The notes under the pieces are model-generated. The model saw nothing but the letters and a program-made list of their open reading frames with translations. It ran no database searches and was not told where the DNA came from. A stretch of 62,827 nucleotides of DNA, filler included. It is 6 parts of 6 records of this genome, joined end to end, with 100 filler letters (N's around TTAATTAATTAA, not from the genome) between each part and the next. Parts side by side here need not be neighbours in the genome. Positions count along the whole stretch, not along the records: positions 38,984 to 53,324 come from SRR2962707_2911; positions 53,425 to 62,827 come from SRR2962707_2939; 4 more parts are not named here. One strand, written 5' to 3'. The position numbers were made by a program, and so were the translations under genes. Below are positions 45,701 to 56,489 of this stretch, piece by piece (within the stretch, counting starts at the first letter, position 1; each line of letters begins with the position of its first letter).

Positions 45701-48700
45701 TATGTTATTGGTTTCATCAACACGGAACTTCCTACACCAGTTTGTTCGACAGATTATGTTCGTATGGTATTGCTTTTATGAATGTACTGATGCTTCGTCT
45801 TGCAGGTATGTTGTAGTGCAAGTGCAATACAAACCAACGGTGCGAGATCGCAATGGGAAACGCCCAGCTCCGGCCCAAAAAGCAAAATCTATTGTAACCA
45901 GAGTACAGAATATGGACGAAGTGATGCGAAGTCGAATTTTGAACCGCGCACGTGAAGTGCTAAACAAGCACAATTGCGAAGGGATGGAAAGGCCGAGTTT
46001 TGAATCACTTGAAACAATCTTGTTGCAGAACTTTGAATCGAAGGATCTTGCACGCCATCGATACGCGCTTAGGACTTTTCTTGAGGGTCCGGAAGATGTG
46101 GGGGTCGGTCCCGAAGTACGTTTTTTTTGTTTGTTGTCATTTTCTTGGCTGCGTGCACCATCTCTTACCCGTATTGGATAAATGGTCGCTTTTGTTGTCG
46201 CAAGCTGCTGACTTGTGTTGCTTTATGTATATGTTCATAATTTGAAGTGCAATTCCAAAGAACCCCCGCGTCGTATCCGCTTGCCCCTTGCCCCGGTGGA
46301 CTTTTCGCTTGCTCCAGTGTCAGTTGCCTTGGAGGTTGACTCAGATTTGGACGACTTTTTCTTGTCCCGTGCTCGCTATGTGAACACGCCTCAATCGTTG
46401 TTTGAGATTCAGGTGCGCGCCTGCTTTGTGAATGGGTGTGGGGTTTCGATTGCATGTGTTTACTTCCTTTGTCAACTTAATACGTGAGTTGCAATGTTGG
46501 TGCATGTGGGCAGGTGGCCACAAAGTGGCACAACTTTTGGCGTGCCAAGCGCAGGCGTCCAGATGGAACGGTTGAACCTTTTTTGAAAGTTTCTGCTGAT
46601 GGCCAGTCTTATGATATTGCGTCCATGGACTTTGTTCAACTGCCAGCAGACTTTCAAGCGCTTACTTTTGCAACCACAAGTTTTGTATGTTGTTGCTTCT
46701 TGAGTGCTGTGATCTCGTCACTGCGTCTTTGGTTATCTATATTTGACCGTCTGAATTATGGGCTATCGATACGCTTTGCTTGGCGGTGTTCGCCCTCACC
46801 CAGTTAACTCATGGCGTTGCTCACCGCCCATTTCAAGGTTTGTCCAGCCATTGAGAAGCAAAGTGAAGATTTTTCCCGGAAGAAAGTGCACGCTCGTGAC
46901 CCGTTCGATCTTCCTCCTCGACGTGACGTGTCAAACCGACATGCCTCTGATTCGTCCTCAACGGGTCCAGGCTGGAGCGTGTACGATGTTGGAAAAGTGC
47001 GACGGGGATCTTTCCTTGATCGGGTGGCTGAAATGATCCATGTGGGCTACATGCGGCGCCGAAACTTCATTGGCTACAACAACGAGACGATTCCTGTTTG
47101 GAAGGATTTGACTGATCAGGTGCGTTTCTCTTGTTGGTTGCGCATCTAATACTCGTGCTCTTGCAGTCATGCTCGGTGCGTTAGAAAGAATGTTCACATG
47201 TTGTCTCGGTGGTTTTGCGTGCGATGGTTGGTCTCTTGACCGCAGGAACGGCAAAATGATCTTGGCTTCGTTCTGATGGCCGTGGAAGTGTTTCTAGACT
47301 CTGATATGGCAGCCAAGAGACGAAAAAGCGCCACAGCTTCACAAGCTGCGGCAGCTTACCGCCGCCTCTACAAAACGGAGCTGAACATCGGCATCTATGC
47401 CTTCGCAGAGCTTGATGATGCACAAGTTCGTATCCCGAGACCCTGTGGCCGGTTTTTTTGTTGCAGTTGTAGTTGCCGTTGCGTTTTTTGCTGGAATACA
47501 ATTTTGTTGTTTTTGTTTGTTTTTGTGATGAAGTGTTTTGTGGAATCAGACACAGTCAGCAACGGTGTCAAGCTTGCTGAAACTGGCGCATCGCTGGGGA
47601 AATTTATCGACATGCCGACGCTCGTGAAGCGGCGTGAACAGGTGCGGTGGTGTTGACGTGTTTGCCCGGATAACTGCTTAGCTCCACCCTCGAGACTTTT
47701 TGATGCGGGCGTGATTTTTTTTGCGCGCGGTCGCTGGATCACTGTAAGGTTCGCAAGTCAAGGCGGAAAAGATATTTGCGGAAGCAATCACAAAAGCAGC
47801 AATTGCTTTCTAGGGGAGAAACTACAGCTCCTCTCTTTGGATCTGATGTCTTTAACGTTGACACTTCCGGCGAGGTGGTTGACCTCTTTAATGGGTGGTT
47901 GGAGTGCCCTCATCATTTGAACATTCCGTCGGTTCGTGTGCAGCCCGCGCAGCCAACCACATGGCACCATTTTTGCCCGGGACTTCGGTAGGTTGACTAT
48001 CTCGGGTTTGCTAACGTGCTAGGTTCCAACAGAGGACCCTATAGAACTGATGGGCGACGACTTCAAAACAACCATCGTTGACCTGGACCTTCAAGTTGTC
48101 GCATGCGCTATGGATGTCGTTGCCGCTGTGGTATGTATGTCGTTTGCTCACCATTGTGTCCTTGCCTCCCGTTTGAGTGGCATAGGATGCAACGTGATGA
48201 CTTGCGTGCACTTTTTAATGTTGGGTTCTCTTCGGGCCTCATGGACAAGGTACGATTCCAGCGGCGCTTTCGACAAATCCTTGACTTGCGCGCTGCTGCC
48301 CGAGAACTCGGGGAACCATTTGGGGATGCACTCAGCCAACGAAGGGTACACTTACATCCGCGGCAAGATTTTGCTATTTATACACATGACGAAGACGTCA
48401 GTATCCAGAACGACAACGCTAACGACAAGAGCAAGGTCAGTGCTGTGGCAGGCGGCTTTGGTGTCTCGTCCCCCAACGCAGATGAGGAGCTTCAAGGAGA
48501 CGCCACAGTGAAGCCAGGGGCTGCACACGACACAACGCCTCCTCGGACAGTGTGTAGTGTCCATCTTCTCGTGCAATGGCGGCGCCATGCCTTTAAAGTA
48601 CCGTCAGCAGATCGTGTTGTTCCCGCGTTGGACTATGGAACAGCCGTCTCCATTCGCAACGACCCTTTAGCGCGCGTTGCTGGACTTCTTCAGGTTTGTA

Positions 48701-51700
48701 TGCTCGAGCTTCTGTCAGTACGGTGTGAATTTAAGCAGAAGACTTGTTTTCAGACCCGGTTTTCTGTTGGATATTGCACTTTAAAATACCAGGCCTTTGC
48801 CCGCTTTGATAAAGATAACGACAACAGCATTAGTGCAAAAGAAATGCTTGACGTGTTGGCGGCAGAGGGAATTCAAATGGATGACGTTCGTGCTCAAGAA
48901 ATTGTTGATAGCCTTGACCACGATGGCAGTGGTGCGTTCCTCAAGCCACCTTCTTGTCGCAACCTGTCCGACCTGTTGGTGCGGTTGTCGATGTAACAAA
49001 AACGTGGGATTCCGTGTTCTTGCGGGGAACATTCTAGGGACGATCGACATAGGAGAGTTCATGCGTTGGCGAGACAAAGAGGCTGGCGCGCCACTTGCAG
49101 GCGCTGTCGGTCACGAGCGGCTTGATGAGGTTGACGAAGAGGACAACGAAAGACAGGCCCTACTGAATGCTTTGGTGCCATTGCACATACTACGCAGTAG
49201 CTTTGGCCCCCACACGTTACGAAATGTCAAGAGTCCGCAGAGTGGTTTTTCCAAAAACCTGAAACGTGGATTCGACGACGCAAAACCGTTGGGTCCATCG
49301 CGGTCAAAGTCGACTGCATCCACGTCTCCGATTTCCTCTCAGCCTTCGTTGGCATCGCTTCGTCCTTCCAAGTCAGCTGCATCTTTGATAAGTTCAACTG
49401 CAGCCGCAGTAGCCGAAGCTGATGCGAGGGCACAAGCCGAAGTTGAAGCCAAACTTGCTGGGCAGCACAAGTACATCGGGGTACGCGGTTTCGGTTTTTG
49501 ATGCTTGCGTATTTGTGTGCACAAGCTTTTGTCGTTTTTTTTTTTTTCATGGCACATGTGTGGTATCCACAGGTTCCAGCGTCAGCAGTTCTTGAATTCC
49601 AAGGCGGGCATGACCAAGTGAAGTTCTTTGATTACTTCAAGCAAGACGAGAAGCTCTTTGACGAGGCGAGCCGAGTTGAAGGTATGATGGTCTCCGATGA
49701 CCGCGGAAGCTTAGGGTTGTGGTGCAACTGTTCTGTGCAAGTGGGAAAAACACTCCTGTCCGGGATCACACTCTGCTCAGTTTGTTCATCCCTGACATTC
49801 ATATTTGCGTTTTTCAACTGCCCGGCACCCATCATCAGGCACATGTTTTACGGTTCCTCCTGCTTGTGACCGGATGCTCAGTATCTTTGGCACGGGTAAG
49901 GTCCTTTGATTGAGACGTGTTGCGTTTGATCGTTTGTGGGGTTGCTTGTTTGCGGCTTGGACTCACACACACAAGAAATGGCGTCGTGGACGGTTTATTT
50001 AAGCTCACACGCACTGTGAATTGCAGGGCTACCAACTGAACGCCATGCCTTTTACAAGCGAAAGCCATGCATTTCTTCCACGGATGGCGACTATGTCGCC
50101 TTACAGCCTGACCGAGAGGCGCGCATGGATGGATTCATGCACCGAGGCGGTGTAGCCTACGAAACCGCCGACACTATGCAAGTGCGGTGCGATACCGGCG
50201 ATACGGTGCGCACTTGTGGCGATGGAACTGTTCCGTATTTGTCGTTGAGGTGGCCATCAACCTGGCAACGGAGCCGCACATGGCGTAAACAACGTCGACA
50301 CATGCTCAGCACTCACCTTGGCATGTTGTATGGCACCGATGCTGCCAGCGAGCCTGCTGGCCGTGGTTGTGACAAAAGTACATCAGGTTGCCTTCGTGCG
50401 GATAGCCAAACATCTTCTCATTCGGACAGCACGAATTCGTTTGAGAGCATTGCCAGAATGGAATCTGCGCAGCTGTCGCAAGCCGATTTTGAGGAAGCCT
50501 GCACAGTGGATACCATCGAGTTTCCAGGACTGGATCATAGAGAAATGTTGGGTTCGTGATTGCGCTTTGGGAATTTGCGAAGCGGAACGCATGGTCCCAC
50601 CCACTGGTAATCTGGCGCCAATATGCAGTAAACAACCAACCGCTCGAATCACTTTTGCGGTGCGTGTAGGCTCCAAGGTTCTCAAGCGCTCGCTGGCTGC
50701 TCTTGTCAATCCAACGTTGCAGATCCATGTTGGACGGCTGCACAGCTATTGGAACACTCTCACAAAAGCTATTGGGGGAGACTCAGGAATGCACCAGTAC
50801 GTGTCTGGCTACGACCGCGTACAGCTTATCATGCGCTTGTTTGGGTTGCGTGTGTGGAACGCCATTGAGCCGGGCTGATGCAGCTGACAATGCCTTTTGC
50901 TTCAGGCACAGAGGAACACGATTGAAGGACATGAAATGGTTTTGGGAACTTGAGTTGTTGCCAAAAGACGCAAGCGTATCGCTTGGCATTAGTGACAAGT
51001 CTGGAGCTGACTACAGCCCTCCACCAAATTATGTTCTTCGTACTGATGCTCGATACGTAATGGCTCAACCTGCCGCTGGATCAGTGCAGAATGATGGCCA
51101 GCAAGGCCATGAGTACGAGCAGTGCGATTCAGCATCCCCCACAAATCCAGGCAGTCCTCGGAATCGGCGTCAAAGTGTTTGGTCAGCCCTTGGCTCTGGA
51201 GTGAGTGGCGAAGGGTCAAACGATGCCGAGGCTGGCGTTCGCCGGTAAGTTCGGGTGACCGTAACTAAGTGTCCGTGCCGTTCCTGAACCACATTGATGT
51301 CCTGATCCCCGTTCACCGTTTTCATCAATATTTGTGTCCCCGTACCCTGCAGGTACACGAGCCTGGACGGCGATAACAAACAACTTTCTGAGTGTGATTT
51401 CGCGCATCTGTGCGCGTTTGACCCGAGCCTTCCTTTGTCCGACTTCGTGGGCGTGTGCGGAAAACTCAAACTGAAGCACTGCTCACATAAAGTCTACGCC
51501 ACATTCATCCTTTCATCAAAACAGGTAGCCTTCCTCAGCAATTGTAGGCGTGTGCTGTTGTGTCGCTTTCGAATTGTTGTTTCGTCCTTCATGTGAATAC
51601 TCCCGACTGTGTCGCCTTACGATAGTCGTCGAATGCGTATTTTTATTGCTCAGATCAATCAATTCGCCGGTTCGGCACTCCAACTACAGTTGAGTGGAGG

Positions 51701-52092
51701 CGCTGGATTGTTGCAGGTTGAATGCAACGTGCACTTTAGTGGCCAGTAAGTGTTTCCGCCAATCGGTGGCTGTCGTACATGCAATCGTATTTGTTCTAGC
51801 GTTTGGTTGCATTGCCAAATCAACCACATCCACTACAACCACATCGCGATTTCTTTATCGCGCGCTTTCCTCTTTGAATAGATACTCTAAAGAGAGAATG
51901 AGACTGATGGCAGACGATCCCCCAGAGCCACTTGATCAAGATTCCCATGGTTTTGGAGTTTTGGACGGGGAGATGACTTCAGAAGATGCACTGCAAGTCA
52001 TGCACGCTCTCGAGGGCAACCGTTCGGGCGCAGGGTTGAGTGGACGGCTCGAAGGTGTGGACGAAGATTCGGAGGATACGGAGGAAGACTGA
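39779..52092 (+). CDS. Giant multi-exon LCAT/PDAT-family phospholipid acyltransferase with FYVE-like, IQ, Zn-finger and EF-hand modules
   Basis: In order: CSICLKKF..CRKCGRSVC..CVTC; RPVLIIPGFASSVLE; DPPGIKVRARKGLDA; FGKLVEHLFDLGY; AAPYDWR..LEARDGYFSDLK; VVLLAHSMG (Ser 42688); WARKHIEIFTSLGGPFTG; an EF-hand pair; GDGTVPYLSL (Asp 50221); DHREML (His 50536). Same strand, with no clear intergenic break. Confidence 0.8.
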
Positions 52093-52323
52093 TTCCAATA
52101 CTAAATTCGCCAGACGTTTGTTTGGCTACTCCTGGCCTTTTCGATCCCAAGATTACTTTTGAAATTTTATTTTATTATCAAATCAAGTGAACACAAAAAA
52201 TAAAATCAATGTGTTTGGACCACTGGCAGCAACGCGCTTCTGCCGATCAATTGTGAATCGTATTATGGGGCGGAATAGGTGGAAGAACCTATGCATGTTC
52301 AAAACAAACCGGTTGAACATCGT

Positions 52324-53247
52324 CTACTTCCGTCGCTTTCGCTGCTGCTTGTTGACACTACCACTTGAGTGGCCGAAGTGCCGTGGGCCACGCTTCACGG
52401 GCACGGACCCTCCCCCAATGTGTGCATACCTTGCCACCATGTCTTCTGCAGACTCGACAGTGTCATCTTCCTCGCTTCCATTGACACCACCGGTACTTGT
52501 CCGCTGCTCTACAGTTGGGTTAAACCGACCAAAGCTTCGTCGAGCCAGACAAGGTTCACCCTCCTCGCACGCACCACGCTCTGTCGATTCCTCGCGGCCC
52601 ACCCGCTCGTCCACTGTGCATCGAATGACGACTGCACCCGTGGCCGACCCGGTGGCACCGTCCTGATTTGCAGCAGCAACTACTACCCCAGGTTGGAAAC
52701 GTGGTTTGGGAAGCCCTTCAACGACCCAATGCATCTCCTTCAACTTTTTCTGTTCCGCCCGGCGCAGCTCTTGCTGTTCCACGAGCGTGGCCTTTCGCGC
52801 CATGAACTTCAAGTTTCGCACCGACGAGCTGAGAGTCTTGGTCGCGGGCGACTTCGACTGCGCCTCCGCAAACGACCTCGCTGGTTTGGGCTCCGGCTCT
52901 GGCTCACGCTCAGTGCCAGCACTTTTCCGTTTCCTCCGTTGCTGGGCGAGCGTCCCTCCCTCGCCACGCAGTTTCCGGTTTTTTTCCAGCAAGGCCTGGG
53001 CCGCAGCCTCAAGATCGCCCTTCTTCAACTTGTGCAGCGACGACAAGTCCCGAGGGGCAGTCGTTGAGGAGATCCTCGGTGGCGCAGGCTCCCCGGGCTT
53101 CCACATACGGCCTCGAATGTCTTGACGGTGCCGCTGCTGCTGCTTCTGCTGCTGTTGCTGCTGCTGCTGCTTCTTCTTCTTCTGCTGCTGCTGCTTTTGT
53201 TGCTGCTTCTGCTTCAGTTTATGCTTGTTGTCCTTTTTGTCGCCCAT
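52324..53247 (-). CDS. MPP6: M-phase phosphoprotein 6 (nuclear exosome cofactor) with Q/K-rich N-terminal extension, single exon
   Basis: LSSSVRNLKFMARK, EMHWVV and ARRSFGRFNPTVE match the conserved MPP6 blocks (LS..L..MKFM, HW, GRxSFxxFNPxVE). Confidence 0.75.
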   Translation of the reverse strand: MGDKKDNKHKLKQKQQQKQQQQKKKKQQQQQQQQKQQQRHRQDIRGRMWKPGEPAPPRISSTTAPRDLSSLHKLKKGDLEAAAQALLEKNRKLRGEGGTLAQQRRKRKSAGTEREPEPEPKPARSFAEAQSKSPATKTLSSSVRNLKFMARKATLVEQQELRRAEQKKLKEMHWVVEGLPKPRFQPGVVVAAANQDGATGSATGAVVIRCTVDERVGREESTERGACEEGEPCLARRSFGRFNPTVEQRTSTGGVNGSEEDDTVESAEDMVARYAHIGGGSVPVKRGPRHFGHSSGSVNKQQRKRRK

Positions 53248-53324
53248 GTTTGAGCGAGCTTCTTTGGCGAATCGAGCAAGTCGAATGAATCTTTCTCCCG
53301 ACTTTCTTTTGAAGTTGCTTTCCG

Positions 53325-53424
53325 NNNNNNNNNNNNNNNNNNNNNNNNNNNNNNNNNNNNNNNNNNNNTTAATTAATTAANNNNNNNNNNNNNNNNNNNN
53401 NNNNNNNNNNNNNNNNNNNNNNNN
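53325..53424. other. Artificial contig-joining spacer
   Basis: N44-TTAATTAATTAA-N44. Confidence 0.97.
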
Positions 53425-56229
53425 TATGACATGCTGGGCGAAGCCGCCCGCACCAGCGCCGATGCCGCTCGCTATTTCGAAGCCTATGCCAATGCCATCG
53501 CCCGCCTGGCGCCCAATGCCAAACCCGGCGGCGTGCGCGACAATCCCGGCATATCGGTCAAGCTTTCGGCGCTGCACCCGCGCTATGAGTTCGCGCAACG
53601 CGAACGCGTCATGACCGAACTGGTTGATCTGACTCGTAAATTGGCTGTTGCTGCCAGGAACGCCAATATCGGTTTCAACATCGATGCCGAAGAAGCCGAC
53701 CGGCTCGATCTGTCGCTCGACATCATTGCTGAAGTCCTCGCTACACCCGAATTGGCGGGCTGGGATGGCTTTGGTGTGGTTGTGCAGGCCTATGGCAAGC
53801 GCGTCCTGCCGCTGATCGACTGGCTCGATGCCACCGCCAGGGCGCTAGATCGCCGCATCATGGTGCGACTGGTCAAGGGCGCCTATTGGGACGCCGAGAT
53901 CAAGCGCGCCCAGGTCCAGGGTCTGCCCGACTATCCGGTCTTTACCCGCAAGGCCTCAACCGACATCAGCTATATCGCTGCAGCGCGCAAGCTGTTTGCC
54001 GCCAAGAATATCTATCCCCAGTTCGCCACCCACAACGCCCATACCGCTGCCGCCGTGCTGCATCTGGCCGAGGAAATCGGGCAGGGCACCGATACCTTCG
54101 AATTCCAGCGTCTGCACGGCATGGGTGAACGGCTGCAGGATGTGCTGCGCACCACTGCGGGCACCCGCACCCGCATCTATGCCCCCGTCGGTGCCCACAA
54201 GGATTTGCTGGCCTATCTGGTTCGCCGCCTGCTTGAAAACGGCGCCAATGGCTCTTTTGTCTATCAGATTGCCGATGAGGACATTCCGGCCGCCGCCGTT
54301 GCCGAAGACCCCATTGCCAAGACACTGGCGCTGGGCGATGCCATCCCCAACCCCGTCATTCCCGCGCCATCGGCCATTTTTGGCGAGCGCGTCAATTCGG
54401 CTGGCCTTGATCTGACCGACCCCGTCGCCTTCCCGGCCATGCAGACCGCCCGCGATGCCTTCGCGACCACCAAATGGCACGCGACCCCGCTGACCGCGCC
54501 CCTGCGGAAAGAGGCCGGGACGCCTGTGAACATGATCAACCCGGCCAGACACACCGACACCATCGGCAGCGTCACCGATGCCAGCACCGATGACGTCGCC
54601 GCCGCCATCGTCGCTGCAGTCGCCGCCAACTGGTCCCAGACCCCTGTGGGCATCCGCACTGCCGCCCTGCGCACCGCGGCTGACCTCTACGAAACCCACA
54701 GCGCCGAATTGTTCGCCCTGCTGGCCCGCGAGGCCGGCAAGTCCTGGGCCGACGCGATTGCCGAGGTGCGCGAAGCCGTCGACTTCCTGCGTTACTATGC
54801 CGAACAGGCCGAACTGCTGCCGCTGGCCAGCGCCCGCGGCCCCATCGCTGCCATCTCACCCTGGAACTTCCCGTTGGCCATTTTCACCGGCCAGATCGCA
54901 GCTGCTTTGGTTGCCGGCAATCCTGTGCTGGCCAAGCCCGCCCCGCAAACCCCGCTAATCGCCTTCCGCGCGGTCCAGCTGCTGCATGAGGCCGGCATTC
55001 CGGCCGATGCGCTGCAATTGCTTCCCGGTGCGGGTGAGGTGGGCACCGCACTCACCTCCAACCCGGCCATTGCCGGCGTGGTCTTTACCGGCTCGCTGCC
55101 CACCGCGCGCCGTATTGATCGGGCCATGGCGACCCATCTGCCTGCCACCGCGCCGCTTGTGGCGGAAACGGGCGGCCTTAATGCCATGATCGTCGACTCC
55201 ACTGCACTGCCCGAACAGGCCGTGCGCGACATCATCGCATCGGCCTTCCAGTCGGCCGGCCAGCGCTGTTCGGCGCTGCGCATTCTCTACCTGCAGGAAG
55301 ATGCTGCCGAACGCACCATCGAGATGCTCAAGGGCGCCATGGACGAGCTGACGCTGGGCGATCCCTGGACGCTTGCCAACGATATAGGTCCCGTCATCGA
55401 CGAGCCCGCTCGGGCAAAAATCCAAGCGCACATCGACACTTACACCAAGGCGGGCAAGTTGATTCATCACTTGAAGGCACCGGTCGGCGGCACCTATGTC
55501 GCGCCTGCCGTGCTCAAGGTGAATGGCATTGCTGAGATCGCCGAGGAAATCTTCGGGCCGGTGCTGCATATCGCCACCTTTAAGGCCGACCAGATCGATG
55601 CAGTCATCGCCGACATCAACGCCTCGGGCTATGGCCTGACCTTCGGTATGCACACCCGCATCTCCTCGCGCGTCACGGCCGTGTCCCGTGCCGTCCGGGC
55701 CGGCAATATCTATATCAACCGCAATCAGATCGGTGCCGTGGTTGGCTCCCAGCCTTTCGGTGGCGAAGGGCTCTCGGGCACCGGGCCCAAGGCGGGCGGG
55801 CCGCACTATGTGCAGCGCTTCACCACGGCGCCGGGCCCCACCGATAGCGCCCCGGTGGTGCTGCCGGGCCCGACCGGAGAGAGCAACATCATGCATTCGG
55901 CTCCGCGCGGTCGCGTGCTTTGCCTGGGCCCCACTCCGGCCGATCAGCAGGCCCAGGCCGTCATCTGCGCCAGCCTGGGCAATACTGCCCTTCTGGCCAA
56001 GCTTGATCTTGAAGGCCTGCGTGACAGCGACAGCTTCGATGCCGTCGCCTATTTCGCTGAGGACCCCGATCTGGGCCGTATTCGCATCGCGCTGAGCGAA
56101 CGCGAGGGCGCCCTCATTCCGCTGCTGACTTCTCCTGACGATGCCAGCCGCCTGCTGCTCGAACGCCATGTGTGTATCGACACCACGGCCGCTGGCGGCA
56201 ATGCCTCACTCATGTCCCAGGCAGGCTGA
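53425..56229 (+). CDS. putA: Bifunctional proline dehydrogenase / P5C dehydrogenase, 5'-truncated
   Basis: YDMLGEAA, ISVKLSALHPRY, NIDAEE, VRLVKGAYWD, FATHN, FQRLHGMG, YLVRRLLENGAN, ETGG, SAGQRCSA, DTTAAGGNASL. Confidence 0.96.
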   Translation, partial: YDMLGEAARTSADAARYFEAYANAIARLAPNAKPGGVRDNPGISVKLSALHPRYEFAQRERVMTELVDLTRKLAVAARNANIGFNIDAEEADRLDLSLDIIAEVLATPELAGWDGFGVVVQAYGKRVLPLIDWLDATARALDRRIMVRLVKGAYWDAEIKRAQVQGLPDYPVFTRKASTDISYIAAARKLFAAKNIYPQFATHNAHTAAAVLHLAEEIGQGTDTFEFQRLHGMGERLQDVLRTTAGTRTRIYAPVGAHKDLLAYLVRRLLENGANGSFVYQIADEDIPAAAVAEDPIAKTLALGDAIPNPVIPAPSAIFGERVNSAGLDLTDPVAFPAMQTARDAFATTKWHATPLTAPLRKEAGTPVNMINPARHTDTIGSVTDASTDDVAAAIVAAVAANWSQTPVGIRTAALRTAADLYETHSAELFALLAREAGKSWADAIAEVREAVDFLRYYAEQAELLPLASARGPIAAISPWNFPLAIFTGQIAAALVAGNPVLAKPAPQTPLIAFRAVQLLHEAGIPADALQLLPGAGEVGTALTSNPAIAGVVFTGSLPTARRIDRAMATHLPATAPLVAETGGLNAMIVDSTALPEQAVRDIIASAFQSAGQRCSALRILYLQEDAAERTIEMLKGAMDELTLGDPWTLANDIGPVIDEPARAKIQAHIDTYTKAGKLIHHLKAPVGGTYVAPAVLKVNGIAEIAEEIFGPVLHIATFKADQIDAVIADINASGYGLTFGMHTRISSRVTAVSRAVRAGNIYINRNQIGAVVGSQPFGGEGLSGTGPKAGGPHYVQRFTTAPGPTDSAPVVLPGPTGESNIMHSAPRGRVLCLGPTPADQQAQAVICASLGNTALLAKLDLEGLRDSDSFDAVAYFAEDPDLGRIRIALSEREGALIPLLTSPDDASRLLLERHVCIDTTAAGGNASLMSQAG

Positions 56230-56241
56230 CGTCAATTCGAC

Positions 56242-56270
56242 CGCACCGCTCCCTGAAAGGGAGGGGTGCG
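56242..56270 (+). terminator. GC-rich hairpin after putA (possible terminator, no U-tract)
   Basis: CGCACCGCTCCCT-GAA-AGGGAGGGGTGCG. Confidence 0.5.
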
Positions 56271-56413
56271 CATGACGATTGTCAGGCCGCGTCCTCACAT
56301 TTTGGCGGCGGCGCGTGGAAGCACTTCAGTGCGCGAGCCCCTCTTTTATTGGCAAAATCTGGGGGTGCCAGCCCCATAGCGGCGCCTTGACGACTTTTTT
56401 GATATGACGAGGA

Positions 56414-56439
56414 TGAACTCGGCGCATATCAAATGCGTT
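56414..56439 (+). promoter_or_regulatory. Putative EcfG/sigmaT (general stress response) promoter
   Basis: TGAAC-N17-CGTT versus consensus GGAAC-N16/17-CGTT, about 50 bp upstream of the LOV kinase start. Confidence 0.55.
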
Positions 56440-56489
56440 GGTTGATTTGGCGATGCTGGGATTTCCCTGCTGCAGACAAAGGGAATTCC

